Shown here: positions 24,510 to 35,545 of the stretch, piece by piece
How the letters are laid out: every line of letters begins with the position of its first letter
Numbering within the stretch: the first letter of the stretch is position 1
NCBI RefSeq assembly: GCF_009834535.1
Contig: NC_045729.1
Location: forward strand, 15,934,001 to 15,998,000
Direction of reading: 5' to 3'
DNA: 64,000 bases
Origin: Camelus ferus
Taxonomy: Eukaryota
Translations under genes and position numbers: made by a program
The notes under the pieces: model-generated
Told to the model about the DNA's origin: nothing
Database searches by the model: none
What the model saw: only the letters and a program-made list of their open reading frames with translations

Positions 24510-25100
24510 CTAAGTTAAAGTATAGTTGCTGTACAATATTAGATAAGTTCCAGGTGTACAATATAGTGATTCACAATTTTTAAAGATTATACACCATTTA
24601 CAGTTATTATAAAATATTGGTTATATTCTGTGTATTGTACAATATATCCTGGTAACTTATTTTATACATAATACTTTGTACCTCTTAATCCCCTACCCTT
24701 CCGTGCTTTTTCCCATTGGTAGCCACTAGTTTGTTCTTTATATCTGTGTCTCCTTCTTTTTTGTTATGCTNNNNNNNNNNNNNNNNNNNNNNNNNNNNNN
24801 NNNNNNNNNNNNNNNNNNNNNNNNNNNNNNNNNNNNNNNNNNNNNNNNNNNNNNNNNNNNNNNNNNNNNNNNNNNNNNNNNNNNNNNNNNNNNNNNNNNN
24901 NNNNNNNNNNNNNNNNNNNNNNNNNNNNNNNNNNNNNNNNNCACGTCTTCTTTATCCATTCATCTGTTGATGGACCCTTAGGTTGGGGTAGATGTGATTT
25001 TGAGGCATTTATATACCTGTTGTCAGTTGGGTGGAACAACTGAAAAACTGTATACACTGCTTTCCAGAAGCACCTGGCAGTCAAATTTGTAGCCATTACC
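24510..25100 (-). mobile_element. L1 3' end spanning an assembly gap
   Basis: gtatagttgctgtacaatatt...caggtgtacaatatagtgattcacaattttt; ctttatccattcatctgttgatggac. Confidence 0.8.
24771..24941. other. Assembly gap (N run)
   Basis: Run of n inside an L1. Confidence 1.
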
Positions 25101-25305
25101 TCTCCTCGGCTTAATTGCTGCCTTTTTCTTATCTCATTGCTTTCGCTATCCGATAGGTAATTTCCTCCATCAGTAAAGTTAAGAAGTTTACACTGATAGT
25201 TGAACTTTAGTGTATGTTATGTCCCTTTGTGTCCCTCTGTGTCCTATTGGAAAATCTTCTGCTCTGCACGATGCTCAAATCTGACCTGCTTCTCTGCTTC
25301 CCTAG

Positions 25306-25380
25306 AATTCAATCCGGCACAACCTTTCTCTCAACAAGTGTTTCCGGAAGGTGCCCAGACCTCGGGATGACCCTGGGAAG
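25306..25380 (+). CDS. FOXJ2: FOXJ2 exon 3 (forkhead helix 3)
   Basis: cctag|AAT...; [25 protein letters not shown]; donor AAG|GTGAGA; 75 nt. Confidence 0.97.
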
Positions 25381-26105
25381 GTGAGATTCTTTTGTGAGGG
25401 TGAAGGGAGGATCAGGAAGGAGCGAGAAGTAGTTGACAGCCCAGAGTCCTGTGGCTGTTTTAATTACCCAGAAGAGGAAAGCATGTTAATTCTTGAAGCA
25501 GCTTTTTTTTTTTTTTATTCTTGGAGGAAGAGCTTGGTTATCAAGTTTGTGGCCCCCATTAGAATGAGTGATTAAGGGAGACTGTGAAATCTGTTTTTTA
25601 ATAGAAACATTTATGAAAAAGTTGACTTCATGCTCCTTTTTATCCCCCCCCCCCCCACATGGCAGTCTTTCTAGATGTAAAAGGTGGATTTAATGACCTT
25701 TGTAGGAATTTTTCTATATGAAAAACCCATGATTTTATGTTCAAAGGGGAGAGGGTCCTTATCACTTGACAGATGTGGATTCTCAAGCCAAGAGAGCCTT
25801 CCCTCAGGTCACAGGGAAGGGAAAGGCTGGCATTTCCAGCTCTTTGAACCAGCTGCTGTTGTGCTGTTCTCCAGAACGATCGAGGCCTGTGTTTGGACCA
25901 CAGTGGGTACCTCGGACATACTCAGTGAGCTGTTAGGACAAATTTAATCCTCAAAAATATCCAGTACCCTCAGGATTCTGTGTGACTCTCTAGTCATCTT
26001 TCTTAATGTAACTTATTTTGTATAAAAATCCTCTCAAATATCCACTTTTCCAAAGGGAGAAATTTCCATATGTAATGATTTTCTGGGGATGGGTTCTCCT
26101 TCTAG

Positions 26106-26174
26106 GGCTCTTACTGGACAATCGACACCTGCCCTGACATCTCCCGAAAGAGAAGACACCCCCCAGATGATGAT
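26106..26174 (+). CDS. FOXJ2: FOXJ2 exon 4
   Basis: tctag|GGC; [23 protein letters not shown]; donor GAT|GTAAGT; 69 nt. Confidence 0.96.
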
Positions 26175-26350
26175 GTAAGTCCCCACTTCCATGGGGAGAT
26201 GACATTTCTGAGCCAGCTGCATCTTCTCCTGTATTTCCAGTTATTTCCTAAATTTGGGGTAAAGGACAGATACTGGCAGAGGTGAAGCCAGGGGCCTTGG
26301 GAGGATGTTTATCATCTGCTTACAGATTTTTGTTCTTTCACAACCTTCAG

Positions 26351-26491
26351 CTGTCCCAGGACTCACCAGAACAGGAGGCAAGCAAGAGCCCAAGGGGAGG
26401 CGTTCCAGGGAGTGGAGAAGCCTCGCTGCCTCCCGAGGGGAATCCTCAGATGTCACTGCAGAGCCCCACGTCGATAGCCAGCTACAGCCAG
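26351..26491 (+). CDS. FOXJ2: FOXJ2 exon 5
   Basis: ttcag|CTG; [17 protein letters not shown]...[10 protein letters not shown]; donor CAG|GTAGGA; 141 nt. Confidence 0.95.
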
Positions 26492-26962
26492 GTAGGAAGT
26501 AGAGGTGGCAGGGGGCGCAGGGCTGGGTGGCTGACTGGGTGGTTGAATAGATTTCATGTATCAGTCGATTCAAAATTTTCTGATGGGTGTCTATGCTATA
26601 GTAGGCAGATACATTGGGAAAGAAGGAGAAAGCAAAAGAGGAAAGCTGAGAGAGAGGGAGGGAGAGAGAGAGAGAGGGAGAGAGAGAAGCAACAGAACTT
26701 TAAGAAAGATCAGGGGTAAAAAGTGAGAAGGAGAGCCAAAAAGTTTACAAGATGGGAAAGGTGAGCTGGGAGGTAACACAGGAAAAGGACAGGAGGCTAC
26801 ATCAAGGTCAGAACGAATGAGAAAAGAAGGAGAAAATGATGCTCATTCTTTGAAAACTTGGTGAGGGTGGCGAGGACAGGCAGGAGAGCCTGGTGTGTGT
26901 TAAAGGGTTGAGCTGGTCCCGCACTAGGATGGAGATCAGGTCTCTCTCACCTCTTTCTGCAG

Positions 26963-27161
26963 GGCCCAGCACCTGTGGATGGCGGAGCAGGGGCAGCTGG
27001 GGCTCCAGGCCGAGAGGGCGCTGAGGCCCCCCCGCCCCTGTATAACACCAACCACGACTTCAAATTCTCCTACTCAGAGATCAATTTTCAGGACCTAAGC
27101 TGGTCCTTCCGCAACCTCTACAAATCCATGCTGGAGAAGTCCTCTTCCTCCTCTCAGCACG
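26963..27161 (+). CDS. FOXJ2: FOXJ2 exon 6
   Basis: tgcag|GGC; ...[41 protein letters not shown]; donor G|GTGAGG; 199 nt. Confidence 0.96.
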
Positions 27162-27690
27162 GTGAGGCTGCGGGAGGGGGTGGGGAGGGGGGTTGGTGAG
27201 CTCTTCTGACTTAGAGCTGAAGGACAGCTGTTTCGGGAGGCAGGCTGCGTCATTAGCTTCTGAGTTGGCGGAATCCCCCTTCTAGAACTAAGGGTTGTGA
27301 TTTTATGGTTGCCAGCAAGTCATTCCAAGGATGGCCACTAGGGGCCAGCAGTAGTTCTCTTTTCCTAAGGATCACAGTGTTTCATTGTGAGAATTTAATT
27401 TTTAGCATATTTATGTTGATTTTTATTAGGAATAATTTCAAGTAGATGCATAAATAGAGAAAGTAGTACAGTAAACCATCATGTTTCCATCGCCCGAGTT
27501 TTAACTGTTACCGATATTTTGTTAAGCTTGTTTTGTTTACCACCCAACTTTTCGTTTAATTGGAGTAGTTCAAGGTACATCGTTCTACCTGTAAATACTA
27601 GTGCAGTATGCGTCCTTAATGATAAAGATTTTTCTTTTAGTTATCCATTGCCATTATCACTCCTAACATAATAAATAATGCTTCCTTAAA

Positions 27691-27870
27691 NNNNNNNNNN
27701 NNNNNNNNNNNNNNNNNNNNNNNNNNNNNNNNNNNNNNNNNNNNNNNNNNNNNNNNNNNNNNNNNNNNNNNNNNNNNNNNNNNNNNNNNNNNNNNNNNNN
27801 NNNNNNNNNNNNNNNNNNNNNNNNNNNNNNNNNNNNNNNNNNNNNNNNNNNNNNNNNNNNNNNNNNNNNT
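27691..27870. other. Assembly gap (N run)
   Basis: Run of n at the 5' side of an L1 3' end. Confidence 1.
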
Positions 27871-28270
27871 AGAGAGGATCATACTAAGTGAAATAAGTCA
27901 GAGAAAGACAGATGTCATATAATATCACTTATATGTGGAACCTAAAATATGATACAAATGAACTTATTTACAAAACAGGAACAGACTCACAGACATAGAA
28001 AACAAACTTACGGTTACCAAAGGGGAAAGGAAGGGGTGGGATAAATGAGGAGCTTTGGACTAGCAAATACAAACTACTATATATAAAGTAAGCAACAAGG
28101 ACCTACTGTATGGCACTGTTTAATATATTGAGTATATTGAACTATATTCAATACCTTGTAATAACCTATAATGGAAAAGAATATGAAAAAGAACAGATAT
28201 ATATAAATCACTTTGCTGAAGACCTGAAACTACTGTAACATTGTAAATCAACTCTACTTCAATAAAAACA
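27871..28270 (+). mobile_element. Young cetartiodactyl L1 3' end inserted into an older L1
   Basis: atcatactaagtgaaataagtcagagaaagacag...ttgtaaatcaactctacttcaataaaaac; older L1-like sequence flanks it at ~27380-27690. Confidence 0.85.
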
Positions 28271-28659
28271 TTAGAACTAATACTTCTAACAATTTAAATA
28301 TGGAAAAAAAAATTCTTCCTTAATATCAGTTTATATCTTGTCCATACTCACATTTCCCAGATTAACATGTGAGAATGCCTTGAAGTCGTTAGTGGGAGGC
28401 TCCTTGGGGGATCGTCTGGTTTGGCCCTCTGCAATTCCTGTTTAGTTTTTTTTTTTTTTTTTTTTCATTTTTTAAAAGAATTTAGAGGTAGGGGTGAAGT
28501 CCGGATTTCAGGGGAATCATCTGACCTTCCTGTTCTGTACTGTGGCCTTGGACAGGCAGCAGGAGATGAATGGAATGATCAAAAGTAGTTAGCAGTCACT
28601 TTTGGGGAAATTTACATTAATTGTCATGAATTTCTTCTTTTATTTATTTCCTTTTATTA

Positions 28660-29100
28660 TTATTTTTAACTGAAGTATAGCTTATTTGCAATATTGTGTC
28701 CATTTCAGGTGTACAGCAAAGTGATTCAGTTCTATGTATGTATGTGTATGTGTGTGTGTATGTGTATATATATACATTTTTTTCAGATATTTCCCATTAT
28801 AGGTCATTACAAGATATTGAATATAGCTCCCTGTGCTCAACAGTGAATCCTTGTTGCTCTTCTAGTTTATCTGTAGTAGTGTGTATCTGCTAATCCCATA
28901 CTCCTAATTTATCCCTCTCTTCTTCCCTCTCCCCTTTGGTAACCATAAGTTTATAAGTTTGTTTTCTATGTCTGTGAGTCTATTTCTGTTTTGCAAATAG
29001 ATTCATTTGTATTAGTTTTTAGATTCCATATATGAGTGATATCATATGATACTTGTCTTTCTCTGTCTGACTTCACTTAGTATGATCATCTCTAGGTCCT
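28660..29100 (-). mobile_element. L1 3' end
   Basis: actgaagtatagc...caggtgtacagcaaagtgattcag...tgatacttgtctttctctgtctgacttcacttagtatgatcatctctaggtcc. Confidence 0.85.
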
Positions 29101-29487
29101 GAAGAGCGTAGGATAATAAGGAAAAGAAGAGAACAGAAACCCCATGGCTTTGTTTTATTTATAATTTACTTTTGAAATCAGATACCTGATTTCTTTTGAA
29201 ACTGTGATTCCAGGCCTACATCTGAATCCCTGAAACATAGCGTCAAAAGGTGCACGCTGCCCTCTTGGCTAAAATTTCAGCAGTTGTCAGGCTGTCAAGG
29301 CCCTCCTGTCTGGTATACCGGCCGGGGGACCAAGGGAGCCAGGGGGCGCTGTGTCCCCGAGCATCCTGACCCTCTGCCTTTGTAGTCGGCCTTTTCTCTC
29401 TGAGGCCTCCCGTCTACCCCGGTGGAAATCCTGTTTAGGGGAAAATGTGTGGTCCAGCTCACCTGCCTGCTTCCTCCCACCCGGCAG

Positions 29488-29859
29488 GCTTCTCCTCTCT
29501 CCTGGGGGACATGCCGCCCTCGAACAACTACTACATGTACCAGCAGCAGCAGCCGCCGCCCCCGCAGCCGTCGCCCCAGCAGCCGTCGCCCCAGCAGGCG
29601 CCCGCCCAGGGCCCCTCCCCTGTAGGGGGTGCTCCTCCTCTGCACACCCCCAGCCCCGATGGTTGTACCCCGCCAGGGGGAAAGCAAGCGGGGGCCGAGG
29701 GCTACGGGCCGCCCCCTGTGATGGCCATGCACCCGCCCCCCCTGCAGCACGGAGGCTACCACCCTCACCAGCACCACCCCCACCCGCACCCCGCCCAGCC
29801 GCCGCCGCCGCCACAGCCACAGGCACAAAGTCAGGCCCCCATCAACAGTTCTGGCTTCG
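29488..29859 (+). CDS. FOXJ2: FOXJ2 exon 7 (Pro/Gln/His-rich region)
   Basis: ggcag|GC; [31 protein letters not shown]...APINSSGF; donor G|GTGAGT; 372 nt, phase 1-1. Confidence 0.96.
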
Positions 29860-30262
29860 GTGAGTAAGGAGCGGGCACGCAGACCCTAGAGGGCCGTGGG
29901 GGACCCCCTTGTTCTGACTCTGGCACGAAGGTGCAGTTGGGTAGGAGGTTAACAGCGGATCTTTCAGCCTCACTCTCCCATGAGAGCTCATCTGAGCGAC
30001 GGAAGATGCTACTGAGAGCTCTGCATCAGATTCTCGGACAAACTGGGGTTGTTTTACGTGTTCTCCTGCCTGTGAGCTGGGCTGTCTGTGCCTAAAGCGT
30101 TGGTAGCTTTACCAGGTCCTGAACCTCCGGGGAGGGAGGGTGAAATGGTCTTGGTGATGCAACTGAGAACACGCGAGGATGGGAGAACCTTGCCTCAGTC
30201 AGCCTGCTGTCCGTGCGCCACCGCCTCACTGGCTTATTCCCCTGTTCCCCTCCTCTTTCCAG

Positions 30263-30364
30263 CCTTCCCTCCTGACTGGTGCTCCAACATCGACTCCTTA
30301 AAGGAAAGCTTCAAGATGGTGAACCGGCTCAACTGGTCCAGCATTGAGCAGTCACAGTTCTCAG
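30263..30364 (+). CDS. FOXJ2: FOXJ2 exon 8
   Basis: tccag|CC; [33 protein letters not shown]; donor G|GTTAGT; 102 nt. Confidence 0.96.
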
Positions 30365-30910
30365 GTTAGTAATCAGAGGATGGGGCCTGGAGGGAAGAGG
30401 CACCCAGTGTGAGTGGAAAAACCCAGTGGAAACCAGAACCAGAAGTGGGGGGGGGGGGATTCAGGGAAGTTTGAGGATGGAGGATTTCACGTGACCTTGG
30501 TACTACTTTCAAATGAATTCTGATTAACTTGGCCTTAAAATGTGCCAGTGGTTTCTTCTACTCAGTTTTAGCTCTGGGAGAAGGAAGGCTCTCAGGAATT
30601 CAGAAGCCCTTGACAACTGTTTTGTAGTTTTGTCGCCATTTACTGAAAATGTGACCATGGCTAATTCACTCAGTCACTTTGAAACTTTTAATTCATCAGT
30701 AAGAAGCAAATTATACTAAGAACTGAGTGAGGGAGAAATGGGGGGGTGAGGGGGGCCATTGAGAGCAGCGTGCTAACAGATGTCAGCGTCGGTGGCGCGT
30801 GTGATCGGCGGTGGTGCCTGACGGAGTGGCTGCAGCAGTGAGTTGGGCATCAAGCTGGCAGGGCTCTGGGGCCTCGACAAAGTTAGCATTTCATGCTTCT
30901 CTGTTTGTAG

Positions 30911-31120
30911 AGCTGATGGAGAGTCTGCGACAGGCAGAGCAGAAGAACTGGAGCCTCGACCAGCATCACATCGCCAATCTGTGCGACTCCCTCAACCACT
31001 TCCTCACCCAGACTGGTCACATGCCCCCCCAGGGGGGTTCCCACCGGCCACCTGCCCCTGCCCGCATTGCTGACTCCTGTGCCCTCACCAGTGGCAAACA
31101 GGAGCCAGCCATGAACCAAG
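30911..31120 (+). CDS. FOXJ2: FOXJ2 exon 9
   Basis: tgtag|AG; [36 protein letters not shown]...QEPAMNQ; weak donor AAG|GTACCC; 210 nt. Confidence 0.95.
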
Positions 31121-31669
31121 GTACCCCACAGAGCAGGTTGCCAAGGAGGCGGAGACTTGACAATCAAAGCGGGGTAGGGGGAAGAGAAGGTCAGAAGAGA
31201 ACCAAAAAACATTCTATGGCAAGGATCCAAATGGCAAAGAAATAGGGCATATGATTCCTTTTAGATCTTGATCTGGGAGGTCAGGTTTACTTAAGAAAAA
31301 AGAAGAGAGAGTCCGCATTCCAAATATGTGTCCTGGTCACCCCGACCTGGACCGTATCTGGGGAGTCACGATTCTCTACAATTATATGAGCTTCAGACCA
31401 GTGAAATGAGAGACTCAGCCATCCTGTGTCTATGTTTGTCATCCTCTGATAGCTGTGATATTTCACAATTCTAGTATCTGGTCCTTTTTTACCCTCAGAG
31501 GTGAGGACTGATGGCTTCTGCACAGTCTTGATGCCGGCAGGAGCCAGGGAACAGAGCAGGGAAGGGTGAAGAGCCTAAGGGGAGGAAGAAGACCTTCTCC
31601 TTCTCTGTCGGACCCTGCTTCTTTGAGTACAGTGATCCCACTCAAGTAACTCTTGTCTTGCTTTGGCAG

Positions 31670-31768
31670 TGAACTCTTATGTGCACCCTCAAGCACCCCA
31701 CCTCTACCCTGGCCCATCGCCAATGTACCCACTCCCCACCCAGGACTCAGCAGGATACAATCGCCCAG
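31670..31768 (+). CDS. FOXJ2: FOXJ2 exon 10
   Basis: ggcag|TG; [32 protein letters not shown]; donor G|GTAAGA; 99 nt. Confidence 0.96.
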
Positions 31769-32338
31769 GTAAGAGCCAGGAAGCTTGTTTCACCACCAGC
31801 TCAGCCCTCTCCACCCTGGCGAGTTGCCTCGCTTTCCTGGGGCTCTGAGCCTGTGGTTCTGGCCCTTTTGTCTGCGCCTTCTGGGAGGGGGTGAGACTTC
31901 GTGTTTCCCAGGGCCAGAGGATGTATGTCACGGGAGACTGAAGAAGACTTACTTTAAAATTAGCTGATGTCTGCAGTATTGAGAGGAAGTGAAAGTATGA
32001 CTACAAACAGGAGAGAGACACATAGAACGTTTTAGTCTAGCTCTGGAGTCCAGCTGGGAGACACACTCAGGCAAATAAAATGAACACGTTATATAAACCT
32101 GCCTGCTTTGTGCCAGGTCTGCTTTCCTGTCCCCTGCCCTAGGGTACCAGGGTCCTGGGGCTGAACTATCTCTGATGGTGGGGCTGTAGCGGGGGACCCT
32201 CAGTGGTCATAAATAGTTCAGGATGCCCAGATCCTTCACCTTTTAGTGCATTTTAGGAAACTCACTATTATCAGCTGCCTTACCACAGTGTTTTCAGTTT
32301 TGGGGATGATATCTGACTCTCTGTCCCTGTGTGCCTAA

Positions 32339-32465
32339 CTTTTTTTGGGGGGGAGTGTAATTAGGTTTATTTGTTTGTTTGTTTATTAGTGGAAGTACTG
32401 GGGATTGAACCCAAGACCTCGTGTGTGCTAAGCTCACACTGCCGCTGAGCTGTACCCTCCCCTTA
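32339..32465 (-). mobile_element. Vic-1-like SINE with a 15-bp TSD
   Basis: SINE head and tail flanked by tccctgtgtgcctaa (32324-32338) and tccctgtgtacctaa (32466-32480). Confidence 0.9.
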
Positions 32466-32814
32466 TCCCTGTGTACCTAATCTGGGTAATGCAGGTACAC
32501 ATTTCTACGCAGCTATTTCATCTAATGGTACATCCTGTATGTTTTTTTTAATCATTGTTGCATAGTCTTCATAAGCATAATTTTTAATGGCTGCATACTG
32601 TTATATTGCCACCTGGCCTCATTTACTCGATTTAGTTGATTCCCTGAGGCCTTGCTGAAGTGGTGGCGGCAACAAAAGTAACGCGGGGCTGATGAGGACA
32701 ATAGTTCCACCAGACCTTCCCCATGGTGGTGTTTGGGGCTGACCACTGCCTGTCTGGATGGGTAGAACGGCTTCCCACCCACTCTCCTCTTAATCTCTTT
32801 CTCTCTTCCCACAG

Positions 32815-32903
32815 CACACCACATGGTCCCTCGGCCACCGGTTCCACCTCCTGGGGCCAATGAGGAGATCCCCGATGACTTCGACTGGGACTTGATTACT
32901 TAG
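32815..32903 (+). CDS. FOXJ2: FOXJ2 exon 11, coding part (stop codon)
   Basis: cacag|CA; [28 protein letters not shown]. Coding exons sum to 1689 nt (562 aa) with consistent phases. Confidence 0.96.
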
Positions 32904-35545
32904 TGTGTCACTGAATGTGGCCATTAGCCCAGGGCTGGGTGGTGAAGTCTGGCAGTGGGGAGACAGCAGCCCCGGCCCCTCCCTTCCACCCTTGCCTGTA
33001 TATAGATATGTATCCTCTTTTTTTTTTTTGCTTTCTCTGCCAGAGAAGCCACTGCAAGATGCTGCCGAAGATAACCCCTCTTTCTTGCCTCATTCTTCCT
33101 CTTCCTTCTTGTTTTTTCCTAATTCTTTTATTATTATTCTTATTATATTATTATTATTATTATTATTGGTTATATGCTGTCTCCAGTCTCCTGTCCCTAC
33201 ACCATGGACCCTGTCCACCTCTTGCTAGTTTAAAATCATCTGGCTGGAAGGTGAGGCCATGATCACCATGGAGAAAGGCCTCAAATTTTGATTTACCTTT
33301 CCCTTTGAGAAAGTCAACGCTAATCCTACCTTTTGGCCCCAAATCGTTTTTTGTGAACATCAGTTCAGTGCAGGACTGGAAGGGCCACATTATCAAGTAG
33401 AAGGGATCTGGAACACTGCTTGGCAGCCATGAATTTGCAGGTTTTACTCAATGGTGCTAATTTTGCCCTCTGAGCTCTTCCTTGTCCCTTTGTGTCTCCA
33501 GTCCTACTTCTGCTGACCTCATTCTCCATTGAGGGGAAGAGTGACGGTGGTGGTACAGGAGGGTGACAATAAAATCCTGGTGGAATGAGAGGTCTGGGTT
33601 GGGTTGAGTAGAATATGACAGAGAAGAGATGGAGAATAAGAGTCGGGAATTGGGTAGATGCTACTGTGTCAGGGATACTGCCCTTGGCTCATTCATGGCC
33701 CATTCTCTGTAGAAGATGGAGTTGATCTTAGCCAGAATCCTGCTTCTCTGGTAGGAATGAGCACAACTCTTCAGCATAGGTTCAGCTTTTTAGAGATGGT
33801 TTCAATTTAACCATTTTGGCTTTTTAAACATCATTTTCTTTGGACATTAACTGTGGCTTTTCTTTGCATTTCCACATAATCCTTCCATCCCTTTGTCTCA
33901 TTCAGCAGATTTTATTCCGTTTTCCTGTAGTGGTTAGCTCAACCCTCCCACCCATCTGATTTTCTTCCCCCGTTTTCTGGGATTCTCCAGAAAGGAAAGT
34001 AACCCTTTATTACTTTTAGTTTTGTCATGTCCTAGGACAAGACAGGCATCTCTTCCCCACCGATCACAGCAGAACCAAACCTGGAGTATTGGTGGCAGGC
34101 GAGGGGAGCTGCCATGGACATGGGTAGGGAAAATTTCAGTTATTTGACTATGTGGGCAAGTGCTTCTCTTGGAATCCAGATCACTGGGGCTGAAGCTTTT
34201 GAGATTAGGCTTTTTAGGGGGTGAAGGAAATTGGTAGGGGAGGATAAATAATCTAAAGGGAAGAGTTCCATGAGGGCCAAGGGAGACCCCCCCCTTCCCT
34301 CCCAGAAAAAGGTTTTAGGGATAACTCACCTCCTTTAACCAGGAGTGGCCATGATTTACTGCTGCAAAGTACTAAGTGTATATTTGATATCCATTGTTGA
34401 ATTTTAGTTGTAAGAGGGAGGAACAGTTTTACTTCTGCTTTTATTTTACTGAATGTTCACTTTCTCAAAGCTACAGGACAAAATGTACGGAACAGACAAG
34501 GCCACTCTCTGATTTCTGCTTTTCATTCATATTCTTTATTTACCCATGCTTTCCGCTCTCCTGGTTTTTCCCCTCATCCGCCCTTTCTTTTCTTTGTCAG
34601 GGGTTATATATGAGAGTTTGTTGAAGAAGTCCAGTGAGGCTAAAGTAAGGGGGCAGGAAAGGGCAGTTAACCAAACAGCACTTTATTTCTTTGAAGTTCT
34701 TGGTAAGAAACGGGAGTGTGAGTGGCATGAATCCCCCACTGTGTCGGAGGGCACGAGCGGGGTTCAAGGCTGACGTCACATTCCCCATTGGGGAAGGAGA
34801 ATTTCTCTTCGAGGCTGGCGGCATGCCTTTGCCCAGTGTCCCTAGCTGAGGCGTGTCTTCCTTCCTCCTTCCAATCAAGGTGCCTCCCATGCACAGCGTC
34901 CCCTCTGTTCTCCCAAAGAGCCCCCCTTCACAGACCATCAGTCCTCTTTCTCAACCCCCTGTCTACTCAGATCCACACAGGATTTGCAAGGGTAGATAAA
35001 TCAGACCTGTTCGTGTCCCTGGTTCATAATTCATCTATGTCTTCTGAAAACTAGTTTCATTAAGAAGTTTGGGGCTAGGGCTGGACGTTGGCCTTCGGGC
35101 CTCCTGGGATTTTAGCTTCCCTCCACTAAACCCAGCCTTGCTAAAAGGCACAGGACAAACCTGACCTTCTTTGGGCCTCCATTTCCCTACCCCTCCATGC
35201 AATGGAAAGAATACTACTTTTTCTTGTTGGTCTGGCATTGCTGGACTTGAAGGTAGAGTTGTTGTTGTATTGGGTGATGTGTGCAAAACCACACGAGCTC
35301 ACTGCCTACCCACGAGGAAACAAGGGAGAGAGTGGAGGAGAAGGACAGAAGGAGTAATTATTTGGTGCAGATCCACCCATCCCTGCCTTTCTCTCTTCAA
35401 CCCCCATGTTTCTGGTTCAGTGAGTCCTTCACACCACCCATAATGCTTTGCATCGGTGCAGGCTGGGAAGGGGGTGTATGGTCTCACAAGTTGTTGTTGT
35501 TTTTTGCATGCTTTCTTAATAAAAAAAAAAAAGAATGTTTATGGT
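32904..35545 (+). other. FOXJ2: FOXJ2 3' UTR (end approximate)
   Basis: Largely repeat-free sequence after the stop; candidate AATAAA at 35518-35523. Confidence 0.55.
33125..33167 (+). repeat. (TAT)n microsatellite in the FOXJ2 3' UTR
   Basis: ttattattattcttattatattattattattattattatt. Confidence 0.9.

Noticed and set aside
29287-29863. 170-179 aa ORFs on both strands around FOXJ2 exon 7
   Set aside because: Antisense and alternate-frame shadows of the Pro/Gln-rich coding exon.
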